Below, in pieces: positions 40,778-50,740 of a stretch of 64,000 nucleotides of DNA. A program made the position numbers and the translations under genes. How positions within the stretch are numbered: the first letter of the stretch is position 1; every line of letters begins with the position of its first letter. The stretch is taken from NCBI GenBank assembly GCA_029246995.1, contig JAQWMB010000004.1, positions 14,196 to 78,195 of the forward strand, written 5' to 3'. Under the pieces are notes generated by a model. The model did no database searches, had not been told where the DNA came from, and saw nothing but the letters and a program-made list of their open reading frames with translations. This DNA is from Dehalococcoidia bacterium. Lineage in GTDB: Bacteria > Chloroflexota > Dehalococcoidia > UBA2979.

Positions 40778-40803
40778 TTCAATTAATAAAATTATAGGAA
40801 ATT

Positions 40804-41919
40804 ATGTCTAATAAACAAATTGAAACCCAAGAGATTTTAGTTAATATGGGACCTCAACATCCTTCTACTCATGGGGTTTTTAGAATGGTTTTATCAGTTG
40901 ATGGTGAAATGATTACAGATGTACAGCCTTATATTGGTTATTTACATAGAGGTGCTGAAAAATTATGTGAAACTATGGATTATCGACAGGGAATTGGTTT
41001 TATGGATCGTACAGAGTATTTAGCTAATTTTAATGCTGAGCTTTCTTATGTAATGGCAGTTGAAAGATTATTGGATATTGAAGTTCCAGAGAGAGCCAAT
41101 TGGATTAGAATGATTCTTGTTGAGTTGAATAGACTTTCAAGTCATTTTATGTTTGTAGGTGCCTTTGGTGTGGACTGTGGTGTTTTTGGTACACCTTTTC
41201 TCTATTCATTCAGAGAGAGAGAAAGATTAATTGATTTTTTTGAAGAAATTAGTGGCGATAGAATGATGTATGCTTATTTCCGTCCTGGTGGTCTTGCATG
41301 GGATGTACCAGCAAACTTTGTTTCTAGAGTGGAAGAAGTACTGTCATCTTCTGAGCAAGGTATTAAGGATATGGATGGTTTATTAACTAATAATGAAATC
41401 TTTCTTTCAAGAACCAAGCAAGTAGGTATTATTGATGGTAAAGCTGCAATAGATTGGGGTATGTCTGGACCATCATTACGAGCATCAGGTATTGAATATG
41501 ATATTCGTAGGGCAGAACCTTATCTATATTATAATGATATTGATTTTGATGTTATTACTGGAATTAATGGTGATGTTTTTGATCGTTACTTTGTTAGATT
41601 GCAAGAAATGCGTCAGTCTATTAATATCGTTAGACAGTGCCTAGCAAATCTTACAAGCGGGGCTATTCTAGCAGATGCTGCAGCAAGAAACCTTAGAACG
41701 CCTCCTGGTGAAGTATACATAAGAACAGAAGCACCAAGAGGTGAATACGGTATTTATTTGGTTTCTAATGGTGATAATAGGCCATACCGCTTGAAAATCA
41801 GAAGCGCAGGTTTTTCTAATTTACAAGCATTACGTGATATGGTAATCGGCTCATATATTCCTGATGCAGTCGTAATTCTTGGTTCAATTGACATTGTATT
41901 AGGTGAGGTCGATAGATGA
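40804..41919 (+). CDS. nuoD: NADH-quinone oxidoreductase subunit D
   Basis: NMGPQHPSTHGVFR, GYLHRGAEKL, EAPRGEYGIYLVS, IVLGEVDR. Confidence 0.95.
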   Translation: MSNKQIETQEILVNMGPQHPSTHGVFRMVLSVDGEMITDVQPYIGYLHRGAEKLCETMDYRQGIGFMDRTEYLANFNAELSYVMAVERLLDIEVPERANWIRMILVELNRLSSHFMFVGAFGVDCGVFGTPFLYSFRERERLIDFFEEISGDRMMYAYFRPGGLAWDVPANFVSRVEEVLSSSEQGIKDMDGLLTNNEIFLSRTKQVGIIDGKAAIDWGMSGPSLRASGIEYDIRRAEPYLYYNDIDFDVITGINGDVFDRYFVRLQEMRQSINIVRQCLANLTSGAILADAAARNLRTPPGEVYIRTEAPRGEYGIYLVSNGDNRPYRLKIRSAGFSNLQALRDMVIGSYIPDAVVILGSIDIVLGEVDR

Positions 41920-43025
41920 TTAGTTTTTTAGTTGTTAATCCATTTATTGATAGCTTGTTAAAAATATTATCCATTGTCGGATTAATGACTGTATCTGCAA
42001 TGGGTTTAATTTATCTTGAGAGAAAAATTGCTGCGAGGTTTCATATGAGGCTTGGACCAACAAGAACTGGCCCAGCAGGCCTTTTGCAGTCTGTTGCTGA
42101 TGCACTTAAATTAGTTGGGAAAGAAGACATTAGGCCAGCATCTGCTGATGCTTGGTCTTTTGAATTAGCGCCATATTTTGTATTTATACCTGCTTTTATG
42201 ATGTTTGTAACAATTCCCTTTACACTTATGCTAAATGTTGAAATGCTTACATTAGGGCTTTTATATATTATAGCAATATCTTCAGTCAGTATTGTTGGTT
42301 GGGTGATGGCTGGATGGGGTTCAGATAATAGATATGCATTAATTGGGGCACTCAGAGCTGCTGCTCAAGGTATTTCATATGAGCTACCTCTTGTTTTGTC
42401 TGTTTTGTGTATTGCAATGATTGCTCAATCATTAAACTTGAATGAAATTATTGCACAACAAACTATTGTTCCTAATATTCTTTTGCAGCCTTTTGCTTTT
42501 TTCTTATTTTTTACTTCTGCTCTTGCTGAAATGAATAGAGCTCCTTTTGATATTCCTGTTGGTGAATCTGAAGTAGTTGGAGGGCCTTTTGTGGAATATT
42601 CTGGAATAAGATGGTCAATGTTTTTTCTAGCTGAATACACAGCATTACTAATAATGTCTATTCTAATCGTCGCTCTTTTTCTAGGTGGGTGGTCCTGGCC
42701 TTTTGGAGAAAAATTAGGCACATCATGGCAAATTCTTTTAACTATTATGAAAACTAGTTTGGTTATTTTCTTAATTTTTTGGGTTAGAGTTAGTGTTCCT
42801 AGAATGAGAATTGATCAATTAATGAATTTTTGTTGGAAAGTATTAATTCCATTAGCCCTCATACAGATTTTTCTCAATGGACTTATATTAGTTTTCCATT
42901 TACCTACTTTTTTATTAGCGGTATCTAGTATTATGCTGATGGGAGTGCTGGTGTTAATTATAAATAAATCTATGCAAAATTTAAATAAAAATCATATAGT
43001 TAAAAATAATCTGGAGTCCGCATGA
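41916..43025 (+). CDS. nuoH: NADH-quinone oxidoreductase subunit H
   Basis: ERKIAARFHMRLGPTRTGPAGLLQSVADALKL, NRAPFDIPVGESEVVGG. The ATGA overlap with the nuoD stop leaves no room for nuoEFG. Confidence 0.95.
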   Translation: MISFLVVNPFIDSLLKILSIVGLMTVSAMGLIYLERKIAARFHMRLGPTRTGPAGLLQSVADALKLVGKEDIRPASADAWSFELAPYFVFIPAFMMFVTIPFTLMLNVEMLTLGLLYIIAISSVSIVGWVMAGWGSDNRYALIGALRAAAQGISYELPLVLSVLCIAMIAQSLNLNEIIAQQTIVPNILLQPFAFFLFFTSALAEMNRAPFDIPVGESEVVGGPFVEYSGIRWSMFFLAEYTALLIMSILIVALFLGGWSWPFGEKLGTSWQILLTIMKTSLVIFLIFWVRVSVPRMRIDQLMNFCWKVLIPLALIQIFLNGLILVFHLPTFLLAVSSIMLMGVLVLIINKSMQNLNKNHIVKNNLESA

Positions 43026-43492
43026 AAGGCATACTTATTTCTATGAAGGTTACATTATCGGCTTTTTTTAGAAAGCCAGTTACTCGACCTTATCCTGATG
43101 TTCATAAACCTCTTCCTGAGACAGATAGAGCTTTTCCTATTTTATTATGGGATGAAGCTCATACGGAACCATATTGTACAGGCTGCCATGCATGTGAGAG
43201 AGCATGTCCAGTTGAATGCATGACAGTGTTGATGAAAGATAATCCTAATCATGTAAATAATGATGGGACTTCTAAGCGAAAAAAAATTATCGATAAGTTT
43301 TGGATTGATTATGCACGATGCATGCGATGCAACATTTGTGTCGAAGCATGTAATTTTGAAGCTATTGCTATGAATAATACTTGGTCCGGGCATGAAACAT
43401 CTGTATACGATAGAAAAGATTTAATTATGGATCTTCCACAATTACTTGCACAGCATCGTTCTGGCAACATAGATGAATGGGTTGTTTCTTAA
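43022..43492 (+). CDS. nuoI: NADH-quinone oxidoreductase subunit I
   Basis: Two 4Fe-4S motifs: CTGCHACERACP and CMRCNICVEACN. Confidence 0.92.
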   Translation: MKGILISMKVTLSAFFRKPVTRPYPDVHKPLPETDRAFPILLWDEAHTEPYCTGCHACERACPVECMTVLMKDNPNHVNNDGTSKRKKIIDKFWIDYARCMRCNICVEACNFEAIAMNNTWSGHETSVYDRKDLIMDLPQLLAQHRSGNIDEWVVS

Positions 43493-43530
43493 ACGTTTTT
43501 AAAAATTGAAATGAGTTAGGGAGGTACAAG

Positions 43531-44166
43531 TTGTTTTCTAAAATTCCTTTACCTGATCAATTTGATAGGTTAATTATTACTGGAGGTATTGTTACTGCTT
43601 CTACTACTCTTTTTATTTTATCTATATTACTAATTTTAAAATTCTTAGATTTCATTTCTTATACGGAAGTCTTTTTTTGGCTTATTAGTACTGGAATGAT
43701 AATAGGAGCGCTAGCAAGCGTACTTTTAAAAAATATTGTTCATGCAGTCTTTTCCATTTTAGCACCATTATTAGGTATCGTAGCAATTTATCTATTCCTC
43801 GGTTCAGAATTTCTAGCTTTAGCACAGCTTTTAATTTACGGCGGAGGTGTAGTTATTTTATTATTATTCGCATTAATGATGACAAACGTTCAAGATCAAC
43901 CCCTTGTTGAAGATGGATCCCAAAAACCATTCAGTATTATTATTTGTATATTAATTGGTTTGATTTTGATTTCTCGTTTATTATCAGCCGACTTAAATTT
44001 GAGTACGGTTTCCTCAGCTGAACTTTCTGTTTTAGCAGGAGTTATTTTCACTGATTTCTTAATTCCTTTTCTTTTAGTAGGGCTTTTGTTAGATATTGCT
44101 TTAACTGGGGCGTTATTAAATGGTAAGACTCATAATGTTGTTGCAACAAAGAGAGATGGTGATTAA
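43531..44166 (+). CDS. nuoJ: NADH-quinone oxidoreductase subunit J
   Basis: TTG start after GGGAGG. 211-aa 5-TM protein. N.VH..FS........I.L.LG.EFLA.AQLLIYGGGVVILLLFALMM. Confidence 0.88.
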   Translation: MFSKIPLPDQFDRLIITGGIVTASTTLFILSILLILKFLDFISYTEVFFWLISTGMIIGALASVLLKNIVHAVFSILAPLLGIVAIYLFLGSEFLALAQLLIYGGGVVILLLFALMMTNVQDQPLVEDGSQKPFSIIICILIGLILISRLLSADLNLSTVSSAELSVLAGVIFTDFLIPFLLVGLLLDIALTGALLNGKTHNVVATKRDGD

Positions 44167-44474
44167 TGATCGCTTTAGAAAATTTCTTAATTTTATCAAC
44201 AATATTATTTTCAATTGGTTTTTTTGGTGTTTTATCAAGAAAGAACGCAATTTTAATTTTGATTTCTGTGGAGTTAATGCTCGCTGCTGTCGGTATTAAT
44301 TTTGTTGCCTTTGCATCATTTTTTGATACATCACAATTATCTGGACATATTTTTACATTATTTGTGATTGCTATTGCCGCAGCTGAAGTTGGACTTGCGC
44401 TTGGTATTATAATTAGATTATTTAGAGATCGTAATTCAGTAAATATTGATGAAGCGAATGATTTAAAATGGTAG
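44166..44474 (+). CDS. nuoK: NADH-quinone oxidoreductase subunit K
   Basis: 102 aa with 3 TM helices. GVLSRKNAILILISVELMLAAV, AAAEVGLALGII. Confidence 0.92.
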   Translation: MIALENFLILSTILFSIGFFGVLSRKNAILILISVELMLAAVGINFVAFASFFDTSQLSGHIFTLFVIAIAAAEVGLALGIIIRLFRDRNSVNIDEANDLKW

Positions 44475-44490
44475 TTAAGGATATTTATTA

Positions 44491-46401
44491 ATGTCAATTG
44501 GTATGCAACAGTCATGGCTCCTCACTTTAATTCCGTTGACTAGTTTTTTAATAGTTTCTTTATTTGGAAAGAAATTACCTAGGCAAGGTGACTGGATAGT
44601 AGTTTTGTCAGGTTCCCTATGTTTTTTAATAACATTATTAATCATTGGTGATTTTCAGAGTTTTTTTCATGGACATGGATTTGAACCTGATGGCAATAAT
44701 ATATATAATTTTGACTGGATAAATATTCCTAATTATTTGTTGATTGAATATTCTACTTTTGTTGATGCAATTACTGTTGTAATGTTATTTGTTGTCTCGC
44801 TAGTTGGATTAATGGTTATTATTTATTCAATAGGTTACATGCAGGGTGAACAAAGATATCATTGGTATTTTTCATTATTAGCTTTTTTCTTAGCTGCAAT
44901 GTTTACATTGATTACGACTGGCAATCTTCTACAGCTTTATTTGGCTTGGGAGGGCGTTGGTCTTGGTTCTTATTTACTTATAGGTTTTTATTGGGAAAAA
45001 CAATCTGCTGCTGAAGCTGCAAAGAAGGCATTTATTACTACTAGAATTGGTGATGTAGGATTGTTGATTGGGATAATTATGCTCTGGCGCGTTGCTGGAA
45101 CCTTTGATATTCAAACGATTATACAGCTTGCACAAGAATCAACCTTCAGTGATGGATATTTGACAACGGCAATGATTTTTTTATTTTTTGGTGCTGTTGG
45201 TAAATCGGCTCAATTCCCTTTACATGTTTGGTTACCTGATGCTATGGAAGGGCCTACTCCTGTGTCTGCCTTAATTCATGCAGCAACAATGGTAGTTGCA
45301 GGTGTTTATTTAGTTTCAAGAATGTTACCTATATATACATTGTTACCAATTGCTCAGAATTTAATTCTTATTACTGGCTTAATTACTGCGCTACTAGCAG
45401 CTACTATGGGATTGCTTGCGCAAGATATTAAAAAAGTCCTTGCCTATTCAACTGTTTCGCAATTAGGTTATATGTTTGTAGCATTAGGTGTGGGTAGTTT
45501 AACTGCTGCAATGTTTCATCTTTTTACTCATGCTTTTTTCAAAGCATTATTATTCTTAGGTTCAGGTTCTGTTATACATGCAACGCATAAACAAGATATT
45601 TCACAGTTGGGTGGCTTGAAAAATAAAATGCCAATTACTTTTGTAACTTTTAGTATTGGCGCATTATCACTTGCTGGAATTCCTCCATTATCTGGATTTT
45701 GGTCTAAGGATGAAATTTTGCTCTATACTTCTGAATTTGGTGCAATTTTTTATGGACTTTTATTATTTGCCGCATTATTAACTGCTATTTATTCTACGAG
45801 ATTAGTCATATTAACTTTCTTTGGTACTCCAAAAGATCAAGAAGCCAATGATCATGCTCATGAATCTCCAAAATTAATGAGTGTTCCTTTATTAATACTT
45901 GCTTTTTTTGCAACAGTTTCTGGTTTTTTTATTTTTCCATTTGTTGGAAATCTTGTAGGATTTGATTCAGGATTTTCTGGAATTGTTTACTTAGATCATC
46001 CTCATGATTTTCATATTGAATTGTCAACAATGCTTGTCGCTATCTCAGTCAGTTTACTAGGCGTCCTTATAGGATATCTTTATTGGTTAAATGCTGATGG
46101 CCGTCGAGCAGAAAATGCTAAGGAATGGGCTCCAGAAGTGCGTAATCTTTTGTTAAATAATTACTATTTTGATAATTTCTATCAAGCAATTATAAATAAA
46201 TTTATTCTTGGTTTAGCTTCGATTATTGCATGGTTTGATGATCAAGTTGTTAATCGATCTGGTATTGATGGTAGTGCTCAAATTATTAATTATATTGGAT
46301 TTAGATTAAAATTTTTACAAACAGGCAAAATTCCGAATTATGTATTAATGATGGCACTTGGTATTATTTTGTTTAGTTTTATTATGGTTGTTAATTACTA
46401 A
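44491..46401 (+). CDS. nuoL: NADH-quinone oxidoreductase subunit L
   Basis: 636-aa antiporter-like subunit. LYLAWEGVGLGSYLLIGFYW, GKSAQFPLHVWLPDAMEGPTPVSALIHAATMV. Confidence 0.95.
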   Translation: MSIGMQQSWLLTLIPLTSFLIVSLFGKKLPRQGDWIVVLSGSLCFLITLLIIGDFQSFFHGHGFEPDGNNIYNFDWINIPNYLLIEYSTFVDAITVVMLFVVSLVGLMVIIYSIGYMQGEQRYHWYFSLLAFFLAAMFTLITTGNLLQLYLAWEGVGLGSYLLIGFYWEKQSAAEAAKKAFITTRIGDVGLLIGIIMLWRVAGTFDIQTIIQLAQESTFSDGYLTTAMIFLFFGAVGKSAQFPLHVWLPDAMEGPTPVSALIHAATMVVAGVYLVSRMLPIYTLLPIAQNLILITGLITALLAATMGLLAQDIKKVLAYSTVSQLGYMFVALGVGSLTAAMFHLFTHAFFKALLFLGSGSVIHATHKQDISQLGGLKNKMPITFVTFSIGALSLAGIPPLSGFWSKDEILLYTSEFGAIFYGLLLFAALLTAIYSTRLVILTFFGTPKDQEANDHAHESPKLMSVPLLILAFFATVSGFFIFPFVGNLVGFDSGFSGIVYLDHPHDFHIELSTMLVAISVSLLGVLIGYLYWLNADGRRAENAKEWAPEVRNLLLNNYYFDNFYQAIINKFILGLASIIAWFDDQVVNRSGIDGSAQIINYIGFRLKFLQTGKIPNYVLMMALGIILFSFIMVVNY

Positions 46402-46422
46402 AGATATTTAGGAGGTATTATT

Positions 46423-47916
46423 TTGACTGAAAATGATGGTTTAATTTTAATCACTCTATTTTGTCTACCTCTATTATCTGCGATACTTTTGATGCTTATT
46501 CCATCTAAAGAACGCTCTCTTATTATTGGCTTAACTGGTATTGCTAGTTCATTAATGTTTATTGTTTCAATATATGTATTCCTCAGTTATGATTTTAATT
46601 CTACAGCTCAATACCAAGGAATTTTCTCATTATCTTGGGTTAGTGATATAGGTTTTATTGCTAAAGATGGGATTCAATTGAAAGTCGGCATTGATGGGAT
46701 TGCTGCTTCAATGATTTTATTAACTGGTATTGTTATTCTGGCTGGAACAATTGTTTCCTGGAAGATTCAGTATAAAATTAAGGATTTTTTCATTCTTTTA
46801 TACATATTAGTTGCAGGTGTTTTTGGTACTTTTGCTATGCTTGACTTATTTTTTTGGTTTCTATTGTATGAAACAGCAGTACTACCGATGTATCTTTTGA
46901 TAGGTGTCTGGGGATCAACCAGAAAACAATATGGTGCTATGAAATTAATGATGATGCTTGTAGCTGGATCCATATTAATTTTTGCAGCTATTTTTATGAT
47001 TTTTGCAGAATCACAACTTGGTACTTTTGATATGCAAGCATTATCGTCAGTTCAATTTGATCGTAATTTTCAAATTCTTGTTTTTCCACTTATTGCTATA
47101 GGTTGTGGAACCTTAGGTGCTATGTTTCCATTCCATGCTTGGTCTCCTGACGGGCATGCCTCTGCGCCAACTGCCGTGTCCATGCTACATGCTGGTGTTT
47201 TAATGAAATTAGGTGCTTTTGGTATTATTCGATTAGGATTCCAATTGCTACCTGAAGGTGGTCAATATTGGGGTCCCGGTTTAATGACATTAGGTATTGT
47301 TGCAGCATTGTATGGTGCTATTTCAGCTTTAAAACAAACAGATCTTAAGCTTATGACTGGTTTTTCATCAATATCGCATATGGGTTATGTATTTCTTGGG
47401 CTAGGTACATACTCTTTAATAGGGATTAGTGGTGCAGTTTTGCAAATGTTTGCTCATGGTGTTATGACGGCATTATTTTTTCTTTTAATTGGAGCTATGT
47501 ATGATCAATCTCATAATAGAGAAATACCTAATTTTTCAGGTCTAGCAGCCAAAATGCCTATTTGGTCAATATTCTTTGTTATTGCTGGGCTTGCATCTCT
47601 TGGATTACCTGGATTATCTGGATTTGTTGCCGAATTACATATTTTTATAGGAACTTTTCAATCTTATCCGATTATTGGTGGATTGGCAGTTTTGACTGCA
47701 GCGATTACTGCAACTTATTTATTAAGAATGTTTTCAACTATGTTCTTTGGTGAATTTAATGAAAAATGGAATCAATTAAATGATATGAATTATTTGGAAA
47801 AAGCTGGTGCATTGATTTTAGCGGCTTCAATTTTATTTTTAGGCCTTTGGCCATCACCATGGATGAATAGAATAGCTGATTCTATTCAACTTGGCATACC
47901 TGGAGTATTGATGTAA
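46423..47916 (+). CDS. nuoM: NADH-quinone oxidoreductase subunit M
   Basis: TTG start after AGGAGG. 497 aa. FPFHAWSPDGHASAPTAVSMLHAGVLMKLG. Confidence 0.93.
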   Translation: MTENDGLILITLFCLPLLSAILLMLIPSKERSLIIGLTGIASSLMFIVSIYVFLSYDFNSTAQYQGIFSLSWVSDIGFIAKDGIQLKVGIDGIAASMILLTGIVILAGTIVSWKIQYKIKDFFILLYILVAGVFGTFAMLDLFFWFLLYETAVLPMYLLIGVWGSTRKQYGAMKLMMMLVAGSILIFAAIFMIFAESQLGTFDMQALSSVQFDRNFQILVFPLIAIGCGTLGAMFPFHAWSPDGHASAPTAVSMLHAGVLMKLGAFGIIRLGFQLLPEGGQYWGPGLMTLGIVAALYGAISALKQTDLKLMTGFSSISHMGYVFLGLGTYSLIGISGAVLQMFAHGVMTALFFLLIGAMYDQSHNREIPNFSGLAAKMPIWSIFFVIAGLASLGLPGLSGFVAELHIFIGTFQSYPIIGGLAVLTAAITATYLLRMFSTMFFGEFNEKWNQLNDMNYLEKAGALILAASILFLGLWPSPWMNRIADSIQLGIPGVLM

Positions 47917-49358
47917 TGATAAGTAAATATTTATATCTTTTGCCTGAAATTATTTTGTTAACAACTGGGTTATTAGTTTTATTTTTAGATGCCTTTTCAA
48001 AGGAACTTGATGTTGGTAGAAGAATATTTGGGCCTTTAACAATTTTTGGCGCTTTGTCAGCTGGTTTAGTAAGCTTGCTATTCTTAGGTGAAGAAAAAAT
48101 ACTTTTTAACATATATAGTGTGGATAATTTAACTAGCTATTTTCGTATTTTGTTGTGTGGTATTTTATTCTTATTAGTTTTAGGAACACAAGAATATAAT
48201 GAAAAACGCATTCAACATGTGGGTGAATACTATTTTCTTTTATTAGCTGCAACTTTAGGCGGTATAGTAATGGTTGCTGGTGTTGAATTATTAACTATTT
48301 ATGTTGGGCTTGAGCTTCTTTCCTTCTCTTTATATGTTGCTACTTCATCATTAATAAATGATAAAAAATCTGGTGAAGCAAGCTTGAAATATGTTTTAAT
48401 TGGTGGTGTTGGTTCAGCAATTTTGCTTTATGGGTTGAGTATGATTTATGGAGCATCTCAATCTACATTTTATGAAGTTATTCAAGTTAATTTAGCCAAT
48501 CCTGAAATTATTAATTTGGAATTACTTATCTTAGGTCTAATATTCTTCTTTGCTGGTATTGGTTTTAAATTATCTGCTGTTCCGTTCCATATGTGGGCGC
48601 CTGATGTGTATGAAGGTGCGCCAACTCCAATCACTGCATTTTTATCAACTTCTTCAAAAGCGATTGTTATTGGATTTTTATTTAGGTTTCTTGCTGGACC
48701 TTTGTTACCTGTTATGGAATATTGGCAGTGGTTAATTTTAACTTTGTCTGTTTTAACGATGATTGCTGGTAACTTGATTGCTATACAGCAATCAAATATT
48801 AAGAGAATGTTAGCATATTCTTCAGTTGGACAAATTGGATATATCTTAATGGCATTCCCGTCTTTGTCAAGTGAGACTTTATCTGCCGCACTGTTTCATT
48901 TAACTGGTTATTTAGTTACGAATCTTTTAATTTTTATTGTTGTTGCTTTATTTTATACAAAACATGATGAAACTCAAATGATTGATGATTTTAGGGCTTT
49001 ATCTGATAGGCAACCTTTTTTGGCATTGGCTTTATCTGCAGGTCTTTTTTCATTAGCAGGAATGCCTTTATTTGCAGGATTTTTTACTAAATTTATTTTA
49101 TTTCAATCGGTTGTACAGAACGGTTATTTATGGCTTGTTGTTATAGCTGTGACTATGAGTACTGTGTCGCTATATTATTATTTGCAAGTTATTAAACAAA
49201 TGTATTTATATGATGATGATAAGGAAGATTCAAAATGGTCTCCTTCACTTAGCGGTATTTTTACAACTGGAATATTATTTTTCTTTATGATATTTTTAGG
49301 GATATATGGCACACCATTTTATGCTTTTGCTGAAAAAGCAACTATGATCCTTTTTTAA
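47916..49358 (+). CDS. nuoN: NADH-quinone oxidoreductase subunit N
   Basis: 480 aa. KLSAVPFHMWAPDVYEGAPTPITAFLS, MLAYSSVGQIGY. 1-nt overlap with nuoM. Confidence 0.93.
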   Translation: MISKYLYLLPEIILLTTGLLVLFLDAFSKELDVGRRIFGPLTIFGALSAGLVSLLFLGEEKILFNIYSVDNLTSYFRILLCGILFLLVLGTQEYNEKRIQHVGEYYFLLLAATLGGIVMVAGVELLTIYVGLELLSFSLYVATSSLINDKKSGEASLKYVLIGGVGSAILLYGLSMIYGASQSTFYEVIQVNLANPEIINLELLILGLIFFFAGIGFKLSAVPFHMWAPDVYEGAPTPITAFLSTSSKAIVIGFLFRFLAGPLLPVMEYWQWLILTLSVLTMIAGNLIAIQQSNIKRMLAYSSVGQIGYILMAFPSLSSETLSAALFHLTGYLVTNLLIFIVVALFYTKHDETQMIDDFRALSDRQPFLALALSAGLFSLAGMPLFAGFFTKFILFQSVVQNGYLWLVVIAVTMSTVSLYYYLQVIKQMYLYDDDKEDSKWSPSLSGIFTTGILFFFMIFLGIYGTPFYAFAEKATMILF

Positions 49359-49363
49359 ATTAT

Positions 49364-50662
49364 TTATAAGGTAGATAGATATTTGTCTAATTCATAATCA
49401 CTAACTTGTTGCTTATATTCAGACCATTCTTCTTTTTTATTTTTTAATAATGCATTAAATGATTCTTTACCTAAAAGTTTTTTCATAAGTTTAGATTGTT
49501 CATACAATTTTATTGAATCACCTAGTGATTCAGGTAATTCTTCTGCGTTATTGTCATTAATGTCTTTTAGTTTGTATTTATTTTCTATACCTTCTAAGCC
49601 TGCTGCTAATACTGCTGCTAGAGCAAGATAGGGATTACATGCAGGATCTGCAACACGATATTCTATTCTTGCAGAGTCTTTTTGTTTTTTCTTAAATCGT
49701 GGCACTCTGATTAAATCTGAATAATTAGTTAAGGACCAAGTCGCATTTGTAGGAGCTTCAAAACCTGGAACTAATCTTTTGTATGAATTTATCCATTGAT
49801 TAGTGATTAGCATAATTTCTGGAGTATGTGTTATTAGACCAGCAATGAACTGTTTAGCCATAGTTGATAAATTTCGATTGTCAGAATTACTGAAAAAAAC
49901 ATTTTCTTGCCCTTTAAAAAGTGATAACTGTAAATGCATACCGGAGCCATTATAATTAGTAAGTGGTTTAGGCATAAATGAAGCGTAGACATCATGTTTA
50001 TGTGCAACTTCTTTGACAACAGTTTTAAATGTCATAATTGAATCAGCCATATTTAAGGCATCTGTATGTCTCAAATCCATTTCATGTTGACTTGGTGCAC
50101 CTTCATGATGACTTACCGCAACTCCTATACCAAGATCCTCAAGCATTAAAACTGTTTCTCTTCGAATATCAGAAGTTGCATCTAAAGTTGTAAGATCAAA
50201 GTAACCACCTTCATCTATTGGCTCAGGGTCATTTTGTGAATGGAAATAAAAGAATTCAATTTCTGGCGATACATAAAAAGTAAATCCCTTTGTTCGTAAT
50301 TTTGATAAAATTGAAATCAGAATATTTCTTGGATCACTTGTAAATTCTTTTCCATCTGTTGTTTGTATATTACAGAACATTCTTGCTACAGCTTGCTCTT
50401 TCGGTCTCCAAGGTAATATCTTAAATGTTTGAGGATCTGGAACAGCAAGCATATCGTATTCTTCTGATCTTGCAAAACCACTTATGGATGAGCCATCAAA
50501 TGAAATACCATCTGTTAGAGCATGTTCGAGCTCTTCTACAGTAATTGCAACGGACTTTAGGTTTCCTAAGATGTCAGTAAACCATAGTCTTATAAATTTT
50601 ACATCATGCTCTAAGCATGATTGCATAATATGCTTTTTTGATGAATCTTTATTTTTTTTCAT
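49364..50662 (-). CDS. Glutamine synthetase family protein, GSI-alpha-like (GlnA2-like)
   Basis: 432 aa. VKFIRLWFTDILGNLKSVAI, FDGSSISGFAR.EE.DM...PD..TF.ILPW and SPEIEFFYF closely parallel Bacillus/archaeal-type GSI-alpha. No 25-aa beta-type insertion is apparent. Confidence 0.85.
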   Translation of the reverse strand: MKKNKDSSKKHIMQSCLEHDVKFIRLWFTDILGNLKSVAITVEELEHALTDGISFDGSSISGFARSEEYDMLAVPDPQTFKILPWRPKEQAVARMFCNIQTTDGKEFTSDPRNILISILSKLRTKGFTFYVSPEIEFFYFHSQNDPEPIDEGGYFDLTTLDATSDIRRETVLMLEDLGIGVAVSHHEGAPSQHEMDLRHTDALNMADSIMTFKTVVKEVAHKHDVYASFMPKPLTNYNGSGMHLQLSLFKGQENVFFSNSDNRNLSTMAKQFIAGLITHTPEIMLITNQWINSYKRLVPGFEAPTNATWSLTNYSDLIRVPRFKKKQKDSARIEYRVADPACNPYLALAAVLAAGLEGIENKYKLKDINDNNAEELPESLGDSIKLYEQSKLMKKLLGKESFNALLKNKKEEWSEYKQQVSDYELDKYLSTL

Positions 50663-50740
50663 ATTTTTAACCAGGCTATTTATGGTAACACGAGGTTAAG
50701 ATGTGAACAGGTCATTATCTCGTAAAACCAAAACTAAGTT

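Noticed and set aside
44048-44515. 155-aa minus-strand ORF; also 38684-39082, 42425-42721, 43145-43393, 63625-63951 and other short track ORFs inside recognised genes
   Set aside because: All lie antisense or out of frame within confidently identified genes (nuoJ/K, valS, nuoH, nuoI, clpB etc.). Long spurious frames are expected in AT-rich DNA with few stop codons on the complementary frame.
50663-50740. Possible glutamine riboswitch (glnA RNA motif) or terminator between the two GS genes
   Set aside because: The minus-strand sequence lacks the conserved GGAAGUAGG/AAGGAAC elements of the glnA RNA motif. It contains only a weak 5-bp hairpin (ACGAG...CTCGT) without a T-tract.
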